NCBI GenBank assembly: GCA_002633005.1
Contig: NMRA01000331.1
Coordinates: forward strand, 342,267 to 406,266
Direction of reading: 5' to 3'
DNA from: Phoronis australis
Lineage: Eukaryota > Animalia > Phoronida
Length of the DNA stretch: 64,000 nucleotides
The notes below the pieces were generated by a model that was given only the letters and a program-made list of their open reading frames with translations, was not told where the DNA came from and did no database searches. Positions 36,400-48,725 of the stretch are shown here, one piece after another (positions within the stretch are counted from its first letter, which is position 1; every line of letters starts with the position of its first letter). Position numbers and translations under genes: made by a program.

Positions 36400-39300
36400 G
36401 CACGCACGACTGAAAGAAGGTCAACATGCATCGGATCCGCCATCTTGAGAGCAACTTCCGCCTTTTTGAATTTGTATAATAGCATGTCATAAGAAACTAA
36501 TATCTGCAAAAATTCGAAGGTATTGACCACATAATGCGCCCTCTATAGGAGAAAATGTTTTTTTCCTGAAATCGAGGTGCGAATGCGCGATTGCCGATAT
36601 TTCCGCCATCTGTAACTGGAAATAAACAATTTCTGATATACCTGTAGCGCACGTCCAGTCCAAAAATTGTGCTGAGTTTCAACCCTGTACGTAAAAAATT
36701 GTAGCCTCCAGAAGCATTTGAATCATATAATTAAAACAAAATGGCCGCCACATCCGCCATCTTCCATCCGATTATGATGAAAAACACTAGGCTTCCAGTA
36801 CTTCCGAAACTACGTGCTATGTGTAAACTTTCTTGATGATCGTACGAAAATTGTGACTTGTATCGTGCAAACAAACAAAAAACGAGAGTGCTCGGGGGTG
36901 CGACACTTGGCTAAATTACGCGGAAACAGGACAATGGGGAGGAAGACGACCACGACGTTGATGAAGACGGAGATTATGAACAACACGATAACATTCATGT
37001 GACTTGCAAACAAATTAGTAAGAACTTATAGCCTGCAGTCTTGTTCACGCACCCGGTAAACTGGCAACAGTGCGAGAGCGCTCGCACGGGCGACACTTGG
37101 CGAAATTACGCAAAAACAGGACAATGGGAAGGACGATGACAACAATGTAATTAATGTATGCTTAGAATTTAACTCCCAAGTTTTGTTGATATTTAATTCT
37201 GCTTAAGTAAATTGAATGCAACATTCACATTTAGCTATTTATGAGGTATTATACTGGACGCAAATTGTCTCAATATGGAAGGTAAAAACACTTTTATCTT
37301 GTTCATGCTGGAGTTTTGTTGTGCCTCCTGTTGGCTAAGCTTCATTGATCCAACTGTCCTGCTGTTGCAGTAGAAGGCGTTTAACAGCATTTTGTGTTAT
37401 TTTGTACAGTTTGCAGTACTTTGATGTGCTTTGTTGACACTATATATTTTCAGTGGTGTACCTCTCTATAATTACTTTTCACTCTGTTTACTTAAAGGTA
37501 CTGTTCTAGCGGGGGACTAAGTGCGGAAGCAATTCCATTTTCTCCGGATCAAAGTTCTTTGCCTTCGAGTTCGACCTTTGAGGTTGGTATGAAGAATAAC
37601 ATTTACTGTTGTCTAGGTTGAGCAGACTGACACATTAAAAAGATGCCTACTGTTGTTATTAGATAAAAATGTCCACAGAGAAAAAAACAAGAGCACTCGG
37701 AGGAGCGACACTTGGCAAAATTACGCGAAAACAGGACGACGGGGAGGACGATGATGATGAAGGCGGAGATTATGAACAACACAATAACATTCATGTGACT
37801 AACCAACAAATCAGTAAGAAATAGCATGCGGTCTTGTTCACGCACCTGGTAAACTGGCAACAGTGCGAGAGCGCTCGGAGGAGGGACACTTGGCGAAATT
37901 ACGCGAAAACAGGACAATGGGGAGGACGACGACGACAACGATGATGACAATGAAGGCGACGATTATGAACAACACGATAACATTCATGTGACTAGCGAAG
38001 AAATCAGTAAGAAATAGGTTGCAATCTTGCTCAATAGCTGGTAAACTGACAAGAGTGCGAGAGCGCTCAGAGGAGCAACACTTGGCGAAGTAAACCGAAA
38101 AGACGATGATGGAGATGACAACGACGATGATGATGATTATGATCATGATAGTGGGGATTATGAGCTACACGATAAAATTCATATGACTAGCGAAGATGTC
38201 AGAAATCAGTAAGAAATAGGCTACTGTCTTGTTCAGTAAACCAACCACTGTGCAGCAAATTGGTCAACAAGGGAACAGCGTTATCAGAAAATCTCGAATA
38301 ATTCGAAGACGTAATAGTGAAAAATGAAAAATATCTCATGAAAGCCCGTTTAAAACTTTATCGAACTGTACAGATTTCTGATCGGTTAATATACATGGCA
38401 AGAAAATCCGGGCACACAAAACTATTTGCAAAAAACGCCAAACTTGACAATTTTTTCCGCGAAATAACCACTTCCTTGCAAGTGCTAGAAAAAGTCTGAC
38501 TACAGATTCAGAATGCTCGTCCTCTCTAGATTCTAACTATGTGGTCATAGTAAGCCCCTTACCAACTACTTATTGGCAAATTTGATCTGTCTGACAGCCA
38601 CCTGAAATCGCACCCATTTTCTTGGACAGCAGGCGACGGGTTGACAGCCACCAGTTTGCATCTAAAGTAGGTAAAAACTTGGCTTTTCTCATTCAAAAAC
38701 ACAAGTAAATAAGTTTCCTGGTAATTGTTGTCAACACTTTCCTCAAACCACCCGCCAAACCTGACACACGCCCTCAACATAAATTCTAGGGAGTAGAAAA
38801 TGCTCTGAGGCCGTGGCCTGACTGTTCAGTGCTACCTACAGTCTTGAGCAACAATAGGCAAAATTAACGATAATGATGATTGTGATGATGAAGGTGGCGA
38901 TGATGAACAACATCATAACATTCATACCACGAACTTAGATGTCATAAATTAGTAAGAAATAAGCTACAATCTTGTTCAAATAAACTAAACTAACATCAAT
39001 GCAGTAAGAGCGCTCAACAAAGGAACAGCGCAATCAGAAAATCTCAAATAATTCAAAAAGTAGACGTCCTAGCGAAAAATGAAAAACTTCTGAAAGCCCG
39101 TTTCAAACTCTATATTGATAGTTTCGCAACATTCCATAATTTTTTTCGAAAAAATTTTGCATGTTTTTTTGAAATTCAATATCAAATAACTCGAAAATGG
39201 TAAGTTTTAGAAAATGTTATCGCAGAACTTTTGAAAGAGCGTACTTCAAGGAATCCACATGCAAAAGTTCACGTCATTTGCTTTTCCTGTTAAAAATGTG

Positions 39301-40535
39301 ACCTTAGAACGATTGAAAATGGGTGAAAATGCGCCAGAGCCGCCATTTTGAAAGTGACTTCCGGTTAAACAAAATTTTATAAAAGTCAATAAATAGCAAC
39401 AAACACGTGACCAGTTTGAAAATGATTGGTTCTCCAATGCGCGCTCTACAGGAAAAACCGTTTTCGGCCAGTTATGGAGGTGCTCATGCGCCATTGTCAA
39501 TATTTCGGCCATCTTTGACCGGAAGTTAAAGATTTATGGCGCAGTTGTAGTGCTTGTGTGCTATAATAATCGTACCAATGTTCAGCCCTGCATGTCGAAA
39601 GATGCGGCCTCTATGAGCAATGTCTTCATGGTCTTGTTCAACAGAAGCTAAACCAATGTCCGTGCAGCAAGAGCTGTCAAAGGAACAGCGTTAGCAGAAA
39701 ATCTCGAAGAATTCAAAAAGTAGACGTAGCAAAAAATGGAAAATATCGTCTGAAAGCCCGTCCAAAATTCTATCTAAATTGATAGTTTTGCATCGTTCCA
39801 TATATTTTCGAAAAAATTGAAATTTTGCGTTTTTTTGAAATTCAGTCATATAACTCAAAAACGTTAAGTCTGAGAAAACCGTTAGCGCAAAACTTTTGAA
39901 AGAGCATACGTCAAGGAATCCACATGCAAAAATTCACGTCATTTGCTCTTCCCATTAAAAAGGCAACAGCAGAACGATTGAAAATGGATGAAAATGCGCC
40001 AGAGCCGCCATCTTGAAAGTGACTTCCGGTTAAGCAAAATTGTATAAAAGCTGATCAATAGCAACAAACACGTGACCAGTTTGAAAGCAATTGGTTTGCC
40101 AATGCGCCCTCTACAGGAGAAAACATTTTTGGCCAGATATCGAGGTGCGCATGCGCCGTCGTCAATATTTCCGCCATCTTTAACCGGAAATCAACGTTTT
40201 TCGGCACAGTTGTAGCACATGTGTTCTATAATAATCGTACCAACTTTCAGCTCTGTACGTCAGAAAATGCGGCCTCTATGAGCATTTAAATGTGGAGTCA
40301 GAAACAAAATGGCCACCATGTCCGCCATTTTGAATCCGATCATGACCAAAAACAATAGGCTTTAGGACTTTCCAATCTACACGTCGTGTGCAAATTTCGT
40401 GAAAATCAGATGAAAATTGCGAGCTGTTGAGAGCAAACAAACAAACAAAAAAACTTGATGTCAGACCAACATACTTAATTAAAATTCCGCCAAGTGGAAA
40501 CTTGATGTCAGACCAACATACTTAGCAGAATTCCA
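36400..40535. repeat. Composite tandem-repeat element, probably a second Helentron-associated family
   Basis: About 185-bp units carrying (GAC/GAT)n tracts near 36885, 37070, 37690, 37865 and 38055; an about 660-bp duplication (39001-39660 and 39661-40290); CAAA microsatellite and a duplicated AAACTTGATGTCAGACCAACATACTTA end at 40451 and 40498. Confidence 0.65.
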
Positions 40536-40544
40536 AGAATAATA

Positions 40545-41150
40545 TTTACATGTGTTGCCTGAAATGTGTCTACATAGAAGAGATTTGATGTTTTCTGTTG
40601 TATTGCAAAAATGTCCTCATAGAACAGATTGATTTAATGACAGAACCATTCTTATTGTTGTATTGGACAAAATATGTTCACATAGAACAGAGTAATGTAA
40701 AAATGGTGTTTGCTATTGTATTGCACAAAAAATGTCCACACAAAATAGTTTCATTTAAAGAACCATTCTTACAGGTGCACTGGATAAAAATGTTCTCATA
40801 CAACAGATTGATATTAAAATAGTTGTTGTTTTGTGCAAAGTGTCCACAAACTGATATCAAGAATAATATTCACTGTTGTATTGGACAAAAATGTCCACTT
40901 AGAACACATTAATTTAAAAATATTTACTGTTGAATTGCACAAAAATGTCCAAATGGAATAAATTTATTTAGAGAAACATTCTTACTGTTGTATTGGACAA
41001 AATGTTCACACAGAACAGATTAATGAAAAAAAGTTTACTATTGTACTGGAAAAATTATCCAAATATAACAGGTTAATGTAAAAAATGATATTTACTAATG
41101 GATCGGACAAAAGGTTTCACAGAGAACAAATGTTTTCTGTTGTATTGCAT
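40545..41150. repeat. AT-rich minisatellite of about 57 bp (about 10 copies)
   Basis: Recurrent TTACTGTTGTATTG(G/C)ACAAAAATGTCCACATAGAACAGATT. Confidence 0.85.
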
Positions 41151-41370
41151 TTTAAGGAGTAACAATTGGCAATTGAACTGATAACATTGTTACAGTAAAA
41201 TATGAGTTTCAGTAAGACGAAATTGAAATTTTTGCTGTAACATTTTCAGGGAAATAGTTTACTATACTGAGAAGATAAAATCTGATACAATTTTCAGTTA
41301 GTTTTTTATTAGATGGTGGACAGGATATTACTTAGACATGAAATAGGCAATTAGACAACGAAATCAGATA

Positions 41371-41582
41371 CCGTAAACATTCGGGTTAACGCCCATGCTC
41401 AGTTAACCGCCCACCTCCTACTTTGGGTGAATTTTCGATTTAACCGCCCACTGCTCAGTTAAGCGCACCCTGCGATTTTTGAAGATTTCCAGTTAAGCGC
41501 CCACCTCTCGGTTAACCGCCCACCCCCGAATTTTTGGGTTTGCCAATTTAACCGCCCACGGCGTTAACCCGAACGTTTACGG
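41371..41582. mobile_element. TA-flanked MITE (Tc1/mariner-Tigger type)
   Basis: TA at 41369-41370 and 41583-41584; TIRs CCGTAAACATTCGGGTTAACGCC / GGCGTTAACCCGAACGTTTACGG; internal TTAA(C/G)CGCCC repeats. Confidence 0.88.
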
Positions 41583-41589
41583 TAGTTTT

Positions 41590-41990
41590 TTAATATATTG
41601 CTCCTAGTCACTCTGTAACTACAGATTGTTTGGCTTGAGTTAGTGGTGAACTGTAACCCTGATGAGTTGATAATTCTTCTGGGTGATCTGAACTGTCATT
41701 TCAGTAAACTCCGCCCAAAATTTCTGCCGTCAGTATCTCAAGTGTCCTAATTATCCTAGGACATTGTGGGTGATGTACTGGAAAATCCTAATCTGAACAC
41801 AAAGCTAGTTTTTAGCACTTTTGGTAAGATGTTACCAACCTATGTATTGCCAGGGGAAAAATGGACAGTGTTGGACTACTGTTTCATGACCTCAAACCTT
41901 GTCTCATGGATCTGTAAATTTGCCGCTGATGATAACCCTGTCCTGCCGTCGGACCATGCACCAATTATAGCTAGTTTTTTGTTTAATATG
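41590..41990 (+). mobile_element. Degenerate LINE APE-endonuclease fragment
   Basis: IILLGDLNCH, LDYCF and PSDHAPI motifs in the expected order. Confidence 0.7.
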
Positions 41991-42444
41991 TGTAGTTCCA
42001 GTGACATAGGCTGAGCTAAGTAGAGTAGATATTTCTTGTTTTTACCAGAAAATTGACACACTGTATTGCTTTGAGGAGAAAAATTGTTCAATGGGAAACA
42101 TGACCAGTGTCACTTTTTGACAATTTAATATAGTCTTTTAAATTCATGGGACACTTAATTCAATTCCGCCCGAAAGCATTAGGTCATTCTTCAACTTTAG
42201 ACTATGTAGACTGAAAGAACAATGTCTAAGATTTTTTCTGCAATAACTGACTGAAGTTATTTATATTTCAATTTAATTTCAGGGATGAAATTGAGATTTA
42301 TTAAATGTAGTTTGTAAGTTTTTTAGAAAATTTTGATATTTGGCTGAAAAATTCGTTTAATAAAGCAAATATTAATTGTCTGACATCATAGTTATTATGT
42401 GCATAAAAGCTATTAGTATCTATCCTAACTCGTCACTGGAGTAG

Positions 42445-43730
42445 AAACAAGAGCAATGTGGAGTATTGAAATCCACCCACAACTACAACACAAATAGTGG
42501 GCTGCCACTGAGTAACGTTTTAGTGTCATGAGATGGCGCAGAATACGACCGCCAAATCCATTTTAAATTAGGAAAGTGTCATCGTCCCTCTACTACATAA
42601 TTGTTTGTCCAATTTCATGAAAATCCAAAAGGAACTTCAAACATACTGTCGGATGTAAACAAAAAACTACTTTAGAAAGCATAGTCCTGGTAGTCTTTCA
42701 TAGATACAGACAGTAGATACAGACACAGATACGAAAATTATGTCATTAGGGAGCACCGCACTTACATTGGACCAGTTTGGCAAGTAATTAAAGAGGCAAA
42801 TGCTAAAAAACAAGTCAAAATTATAAAAAAGGCCACTATGTGGTGCAAAATACATTGAATCAGTCCAAAAATAGAAAGGTGTAATTGTCGCCTTAATAGA
42901 AACTTATTTGCCAACTTTCAGACCAAGGGCAATGCAGAGCATTGATATGCACCCAACATGTCATAGGCGGCACACCATAGGGGGCCGGGGGGGGCTATAG
43001 CCCCAATTTTTTCAGTGCTCCAGCTTCCATGGTCTGTGGGCGATGAACCACGGGGGGGGGGGCTGGGGGCTATAGCCACCCCACATGCATGTGCATGGCA
43101 TATAGTGCAGATACAAGGGATGCTTGCTATTTTAAACATTCCAACTAAATGCAGCAATGCTAATAAACATAAAATGGCCTCTAGGGGATGAACAGCAAAT
43201 CAGCAATGTTCTAATCAATAGGAACACTCCTGCCGAGACCGTAAAAAATTTAAAACAGTGTACACAGAGGTAGTCGGATATGTCCAAACATCGTCATCCG
43301 TTGTAAAGTTCACACAATACACATGCTAAATTTCAAAATGATCCTGCAGGAAGAAACAACTGTGGTTGCGAAAAAAGCAAATTGCCATTAGAGGGTGCCA
43401 CAATTGTAAAACCTGTCCAAAAATCGTCAGTCATGCTCTTCCCAGTCGGAACACATTTTTCAATTTTTTAAACTATATTTAGAGTGGTTTGGCCTATAGA
43501 GAGATGGACACCAAAAACTGCCACCATGAGATGTACACTTGTCTACATCAAATCCATCTGAAAATGTAGAGGTGTAAATGCCTCATTTATAGAAACCTAC
43601 TTGCTAACTATATTAAAAGTCCATAAAATTGCCACGGCAGGAATCGGATCCGTCCAAACGTTGTCATACGTTGTCAACTTCATACAAATACACTTGCCAA
43701 TTTTATAATTGAAAGATCCTGTAGAGTATT
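42445..43730 (-). mobile_element. Old degenerate copy of the 17820-19805 HINE family, with a small GC-rich insertion
   Basis: Begins AACAAGAGCAATGTGGAGTATTGAAATCCACCCACAAC; scattered GCCACTA/GCCATTAG monomers. Confidence 0.6.
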
Positions 43731-43951
43731 GATGATGGTGCTACCCCATGACTTCCAACAAAAAGACAGCTGGTATAGGAATATGAAACTATTATACAAG
43801 GTTAGCAGCTGCCTCAGAAGTAAAAATCATTCTTTTGCTAATATAATAAGTCATGTGCTCCTTCCAGCATAGCTTACTGACTATTATGACTCCAAGAAAT
43901 ACATGTATTCAAACATTCTTAACCAGCGAAATGCGGGAAATCCCTCATTCA

Positions 43952-43987
43952 TTGACAAAGACCTGGCGGACCAGGTCGAAACGTCAG
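43952..43987 (+). ncRNA. Candidate minimal hammerhead-like motif of Penelope pLTR type (degenerate)
   Basis: TTGACAAA-GACCTGG-CGGA-CCAGGTC-GAAACGTCAG: a perfect 7-bp stem between a CUGANGA-like box and GAAAC. The first box deviates from consensus. Confidence 0.4.
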
Positions 43988-44099
43988 CAAACAACCTACC
44001 ACGTCTGTAGTAAGTGACCATCTCGTACTACAATGCCTCTAGAGACCAATGACGAACCTTTTCTCCACAAAATTTGTAATAAAATGCACCCCAGCTGGT

Positions 44100-44595
44100 C
44101 GTTAGCTCTGCATATTGGTATGTTTCATGACGAGGTGACGAACTGAGCTACCTCAGTTTAATTGTGTGAAATTTCGGTGTCTAACGGCTACCTAACTGTA
44201 TGTTGACGATAGTCTTCATAAAGCTAGCTGGCTTTCTACCTCAGTATGTACATTTATGACGCGACTTTTGCAAATACAGTTATACTTTTTGTACAATACA
44301 TTATTTTAAAATGCTTTCTAATAGCTTTCACTTTAAAGAATAGCTGATTACCGTACTTTTTATTACTCCAGGGTCAAATATTCTGGAAAGAAATTTGTGC
44401 TGCCTGGGGAAAGAATACCGTAGTCACACACCCTGTCTACTAAAATCTGACAGTGACAGAAATTCTGATTGAAGCTTTAAAATAACACAGTCTCTTTAAG
44501 AATTATTCCCTTCTTTCACTAATGTTTGCTTGAAGGTGTAGCTATTTCCCTTCCACATTTCTTACTAGCTGCTACCCATGCGAAAGCACGGGTAC
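44100..44595 (+). mobile_element. Helitron-like non-autonomous repeat, homologous to 57880-58560
   Basis: Shared GTTTCATGACGAGGTGAC, AGCTAGCTGGCTTTCTACCTCAGTA, CTACTAAAATCTGACA and a terminal ACTAGCTGCTACCC...GCACGGGTA hairpin. Confidence 0.6.
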
Positions 44596-44959
44596 AGACC
44601 ATTTTTAACGTCCAGATTTACTTTTCAAATAAAACAAAATGTATGTATTAGTATTCACTAAACTGCTCAGAAAACAGCACTTTCCTGTAATTATAATGAA
44701 GAGCAGTGACTCCTCGTTGGCAAACTAGTTTAACTATTGTTTTTGGTAGCACTTTTGCTAGTACATGTGTTAAAAAAACACTAAGTTTCACTTTTAGTTG
44801 TTTGGGTTACCCCAAAACTGTTGGCAATTTCATTAGAACTATTTGTAGCTATGCACAAGGGTTGGAGGTCATTATTTATCGTTGCATTAGTTAATTTATG
44901 GCAGAGTCAGAGCCTTTTGACATATTGAGACGCCCATAAACATGGATGACATTCTCTCG

Positions 44960-45340
44960 AGGAACAAACATGTGACTTACATGTGCAATAAACTATCCCA
45001 AACATACGGAGTTCTATTTTCACTGAAAAAATACATCTCAACATTCTTCAAACAATCTACAATTTTCTAATGTCACCCCATCTTGTATGGCATGTCGTCA
45101 TGGTGTTTTAATACTTGTCATACAAATACACTAATTCAAAAATGTGCTTTGCATCAAATCAGTCTCATTCAGAGCACTCTCCAAACCTATTTGTTACAAC
45201 TACAAGCTGGGAATTACAATGGCATGTTAAATTTTGTTTCTTTAAAACTATTGTTCATGATCTACAACAAAAGGGCTCCCGACTATTTCCTCAATTTTCC
45301 CTGTGTCACTTATAGAACGGATTTAACTCATTATTGATGT
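44960..45340 (+). mobile_element. Degenerate CR1/L2-type LINE ORF2 C-terminal fragment
   Basis: LYGMSSW...LIQKCAL...KLLFMIYNKRAPDYF resembles the post-RT region of CR1/L2 elements. Confidence 0.5.
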
Positions 45341-45344
45341 TAAG

Positions 45345-46380
45345 TTTGAGAGCCCAACCATTTACCGGTATTTACGATGTCAGAAACTATTTCAATCACA
45401 ATACTTTATAGTCTGAAGCCACTCAGTCAATACCCTGAATGCCTTTCTTCAACCATTCACTGATCGTCATCGCGCAACCTCCTTGATGACTATTTTCTCC
45501 GCTCGTAGTATAACAATCGTATCTTGGTAAATCAAAAGAAAGTGGTGTTTTGATCTCGTTTAAATAAGTGATGCCGTATGATCAGGTACGAACATCTAGA
45601 TTAGTGAATCTGTTCTTTACTCCATTTATATTCCACAAAAAATAGATAATTCCACATTCAATAGTTTATCGTTGCGTCCAACTAAAAATCAACAAATTGC
45701 AGTCTCCATAATCCACTACCACATTGTTGCATGTGATCTGTCTTTATCTTTATCAAAAATGACATCACACTCATTTTTTAATTTGTCAAAAGTGGCATAG
45801 ACCCGGTCTTATTCTCATCTGACGGGTGGATGAATGGCTTTGCGCACCTTGACATTGATGAATTCATTACCATGCTTAGATATTTCTTTCATCCTCTCAA
45901 CACACAGGTTGCTCATAGCGACATCACCCATGGTCACGTGTATTGGTCTGCAAGCCTGATCATCATGCGTCTTTGCAATATGCGTCATAGTAAAGTGATA
46001 CAGTTGGCAGCCTGTGGTGGTATCAGTCAACGACACTTTCTCACTGTCAGCTGTGCAGCCCTGCCAATACTTCTCAGGAACTCCCTGCGCAAAAAAATTT
46101 TGGCCAGTTCCCTAATTCAAGATATCGGACTGGGTTATCCACTACTGTCCAGAGCAACTTGTACTCTCTTTTCAGAGTCACATTTCCTTTTAAAGAATGT
46201 CCATCCGTTCGTCATATTTGTCCAACCTCGCATGCAACTCATTTGGTTTAACATGAGCTTTTTAGTTCAGTCAATGACGCCTGATCAGCTGAGTCAGTTC
46301 CACTACTTGGTGTCAAAGCGCTCTGCTCATTCAGTTTCAATGCGTCTTGCTGATACTGTGCCAGCACTGGCTTATGAAAT
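45345..46380 (-). mobile_element. Degenerate LINE 5' part (ORF1 + start of APE endonuclease)
   Basis: ORF1-like RPIHVTM...VKVRKAIHPPVR*E, followed by endonuclease N-terminal WNINGVKNRF...LNEIKT...HQGGCAMTI. Confidence 0.6.
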
Positions 46381-47189
46381 TTACGCTCCTGCTTAGAAGC
46401 GTACAGGCCTCGCACATTTATCTAGTTCATCTGGTGTTATATAGGAAATGTTACGTATTAGATTGTTATTTGATAATGCGAACCTCATGGGAGCTTTTCA
46501 CGTTTAATTGCACGTTATACTTTGAACGCTAGGAAATGTTTTGAAATTTTACAATGCACTCGTCTTTAGCAGAGTCTATCATCAATCTGCCTTACAATTT
46601 GGCGAGCACGCCAGGAGAACCCGAAATCATCACATATGGAAGAAGCAAAGCAAAAGAGAACAATTGTATCATCAGTCAGCATTACAAGAAGTACTCATAC
46701 ATAATGACATTGTTGGTGTTATGTTAGAGGTACTCATGCATAATGAGCCAAAGTAATGAGCACTTGATTATATTGCAAATCTACTTACTCGTCGGGGGGG
46801 GGGGGCAATTCAGGTTCCGCTTTGGCCACAGCACCGTCAGGGCAGAAGTTGTACATTGACAATCATTATTTGAGTAATGTAAATGTAAATAAAGATTCCC
46901 CTAAAACCCGGCCGTGGGATGGAAATCGAGTTGTTTCACAACAGTTTCTGCCAGCAAACACTAAATTAGCATGAGCTCACACGGCCTCGATGTCCCGTCA
47001 ATTAGTTTTATTGCATCTAAAGCCGGTAACGCAGTGATTTATTCATTGCTGGCTTCTCTTGCACTCACGAACACTCTAAAGGCATTACAAATTGCATCTA
47101 ATGAGACATAGTTTGTTTCAGTTATTGGTTAGGGTGAGAATAATTCATTTTGAAACAAAACGCTCAGTAATAAACGCCAACCGTGACTG

Positions 47190-47705
47190 AACATGGCAAC
47201 TCGCAATCCCGACTTAGGACGAGCTGGAGCTCATCAGTCCAGACTACGCAGGTGGATCGTTAAGTTTTACAGGCTGTCAATTCGAACAGGAATACAGTGA
47301 TGAAGAAATACTAGAGAGGCGCCTACAAGCTCAGACAACGGAACGTATGGAGTTATTAGGTAAGCCAGCGATCGTCAGGCACCGTCGACGTCTGCAGGCC
47401 ACAGACACGGAAATGTTTCACGCCCTCATACTTGCTATTTACTGCGCACATTTCATTCTTCACTACCATGATCCACTTCCTAAGCATTTCGGACTCGAGG
47501 AAGTAAAAAAAAACGATATACCCGCTTTCCTCGCTGCTGCTTAGTTCGGACAAGCGGGAACGATGCACCGCAACATAGCGGCATTCACTCTGCATATGAA
47601 CCACTGACGTCGCTAGGTTAACGCGACACCTCTTGGCAAGGTAAGGTTGACCGTATGCGAGGCGAAGACAGAAAAAAGACTAATTAAATCGGGTGGCATC
47701 CTCCT
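47190..47705 (-). mobile_element. Third, divergent non-autonomous Kolobok element (THAP head + KolX head)
   Basis: CCT-TTAA terminus at 47703-47709. Minus-strand ATG at 47576 gives MLRCIVPACPN*...W..VVKNE..AVNSKYEGVKHFRVCG, alignable to the 9396 THAP. Plus strand has GCQFEQEYSDEE (about 47272-47310), resembling KolX GYMFEPEY. The other terminus was not located. Confidence 0.6.
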
Positions 47706-48725
47706 TTAAGGTCACAGAGTCTCCCCAGAGAAAAGTTTCCACAAAGCGCGTCATCACCTCGGCCCTGAAAAGGCAAGCAACTTTGTTTCTAACCGCATAC
47801 CTGTGACAAAAGCTGCTATTTTGACCCCTGTGAAACATCACCTTGGTTAACCATTTTTTTTATATCCTATACAGCTTTATTTTATTTATAATACTAATTC
47901 CTAACCACAAAGCTATGTATCAAACACTGTTAAAAAGGCCACATTTATGGTCATCATCATTAACCTAGAAAATATCTTTGATAGGCTTTGAAAAAATACA
48001 CTACTACACTTCACAATTCTTAATTATGCTGGAGTTATGCATTCTTGAATATATACTAACCCATGAACTACTATCTAGAACATTTTCAATGATTACAATA
48101 GTTGAGAAAGTTTATATTAACATGTGACCTCACCTTTAAGTAGTATCAATGTTGCTTTGATCTTGCATCATTTTACGTTTTTAGAAAGTGTTAAGATGTA
48201 CATGTTTGATTTCTCAGATGGCTGATGACTAATTTATTATGCTTCATCCCAACTAGAAGGTCTTGTTTATGAGATCAGGTTACACATGACACTCTCTTGA
48301 ACAAGGAGTGGCAGCAAATAGTTTGTGTCTTAGCTGGTCCTACAAAAAGGAATGAGAAACAGTGGCCAAAATTCAAGAATTTGTCAATCACAAACAATGA
48401 AAGTGGTCACTGAGTCATTGTGAGAGGTGGTTAGGAGCACCTAATCTCATTGTAATATAGCAAAACATCATGAAATGGAATTGTTCTAAAAACAAGAAAT
48501 TAAGCCATTCCAAGCATTTTGTTAGGCAAACATAATAATCAAACCACATGAAAAATATTTGATCTGTTCAAATTAGATGCTAAATCGAAACAAATACTAA
48601 CTGATTTACAGAAAGTTATACTTACCAACTTTTAAAAATGCATGGTCCAAAATCAGTTGATATAGCAACGTAGCTTCATTAATATTGAACTGCTAGCTGC
48701 TTATTCCTTAAGGCTTTCTATTTTA

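Noticed and set aside
37603-38146. Hydrophobic Ile/Val-rich ORFs as membrane proteins
   Set aside because: They are translations of (GAT/GAC)n tracts in the tandem repeat.
45830-46396. 188-aa plus-strand ORF
   Set aside because: It is the antisense shadow of a decayed LINE ORF1 and has no recognisable domain.
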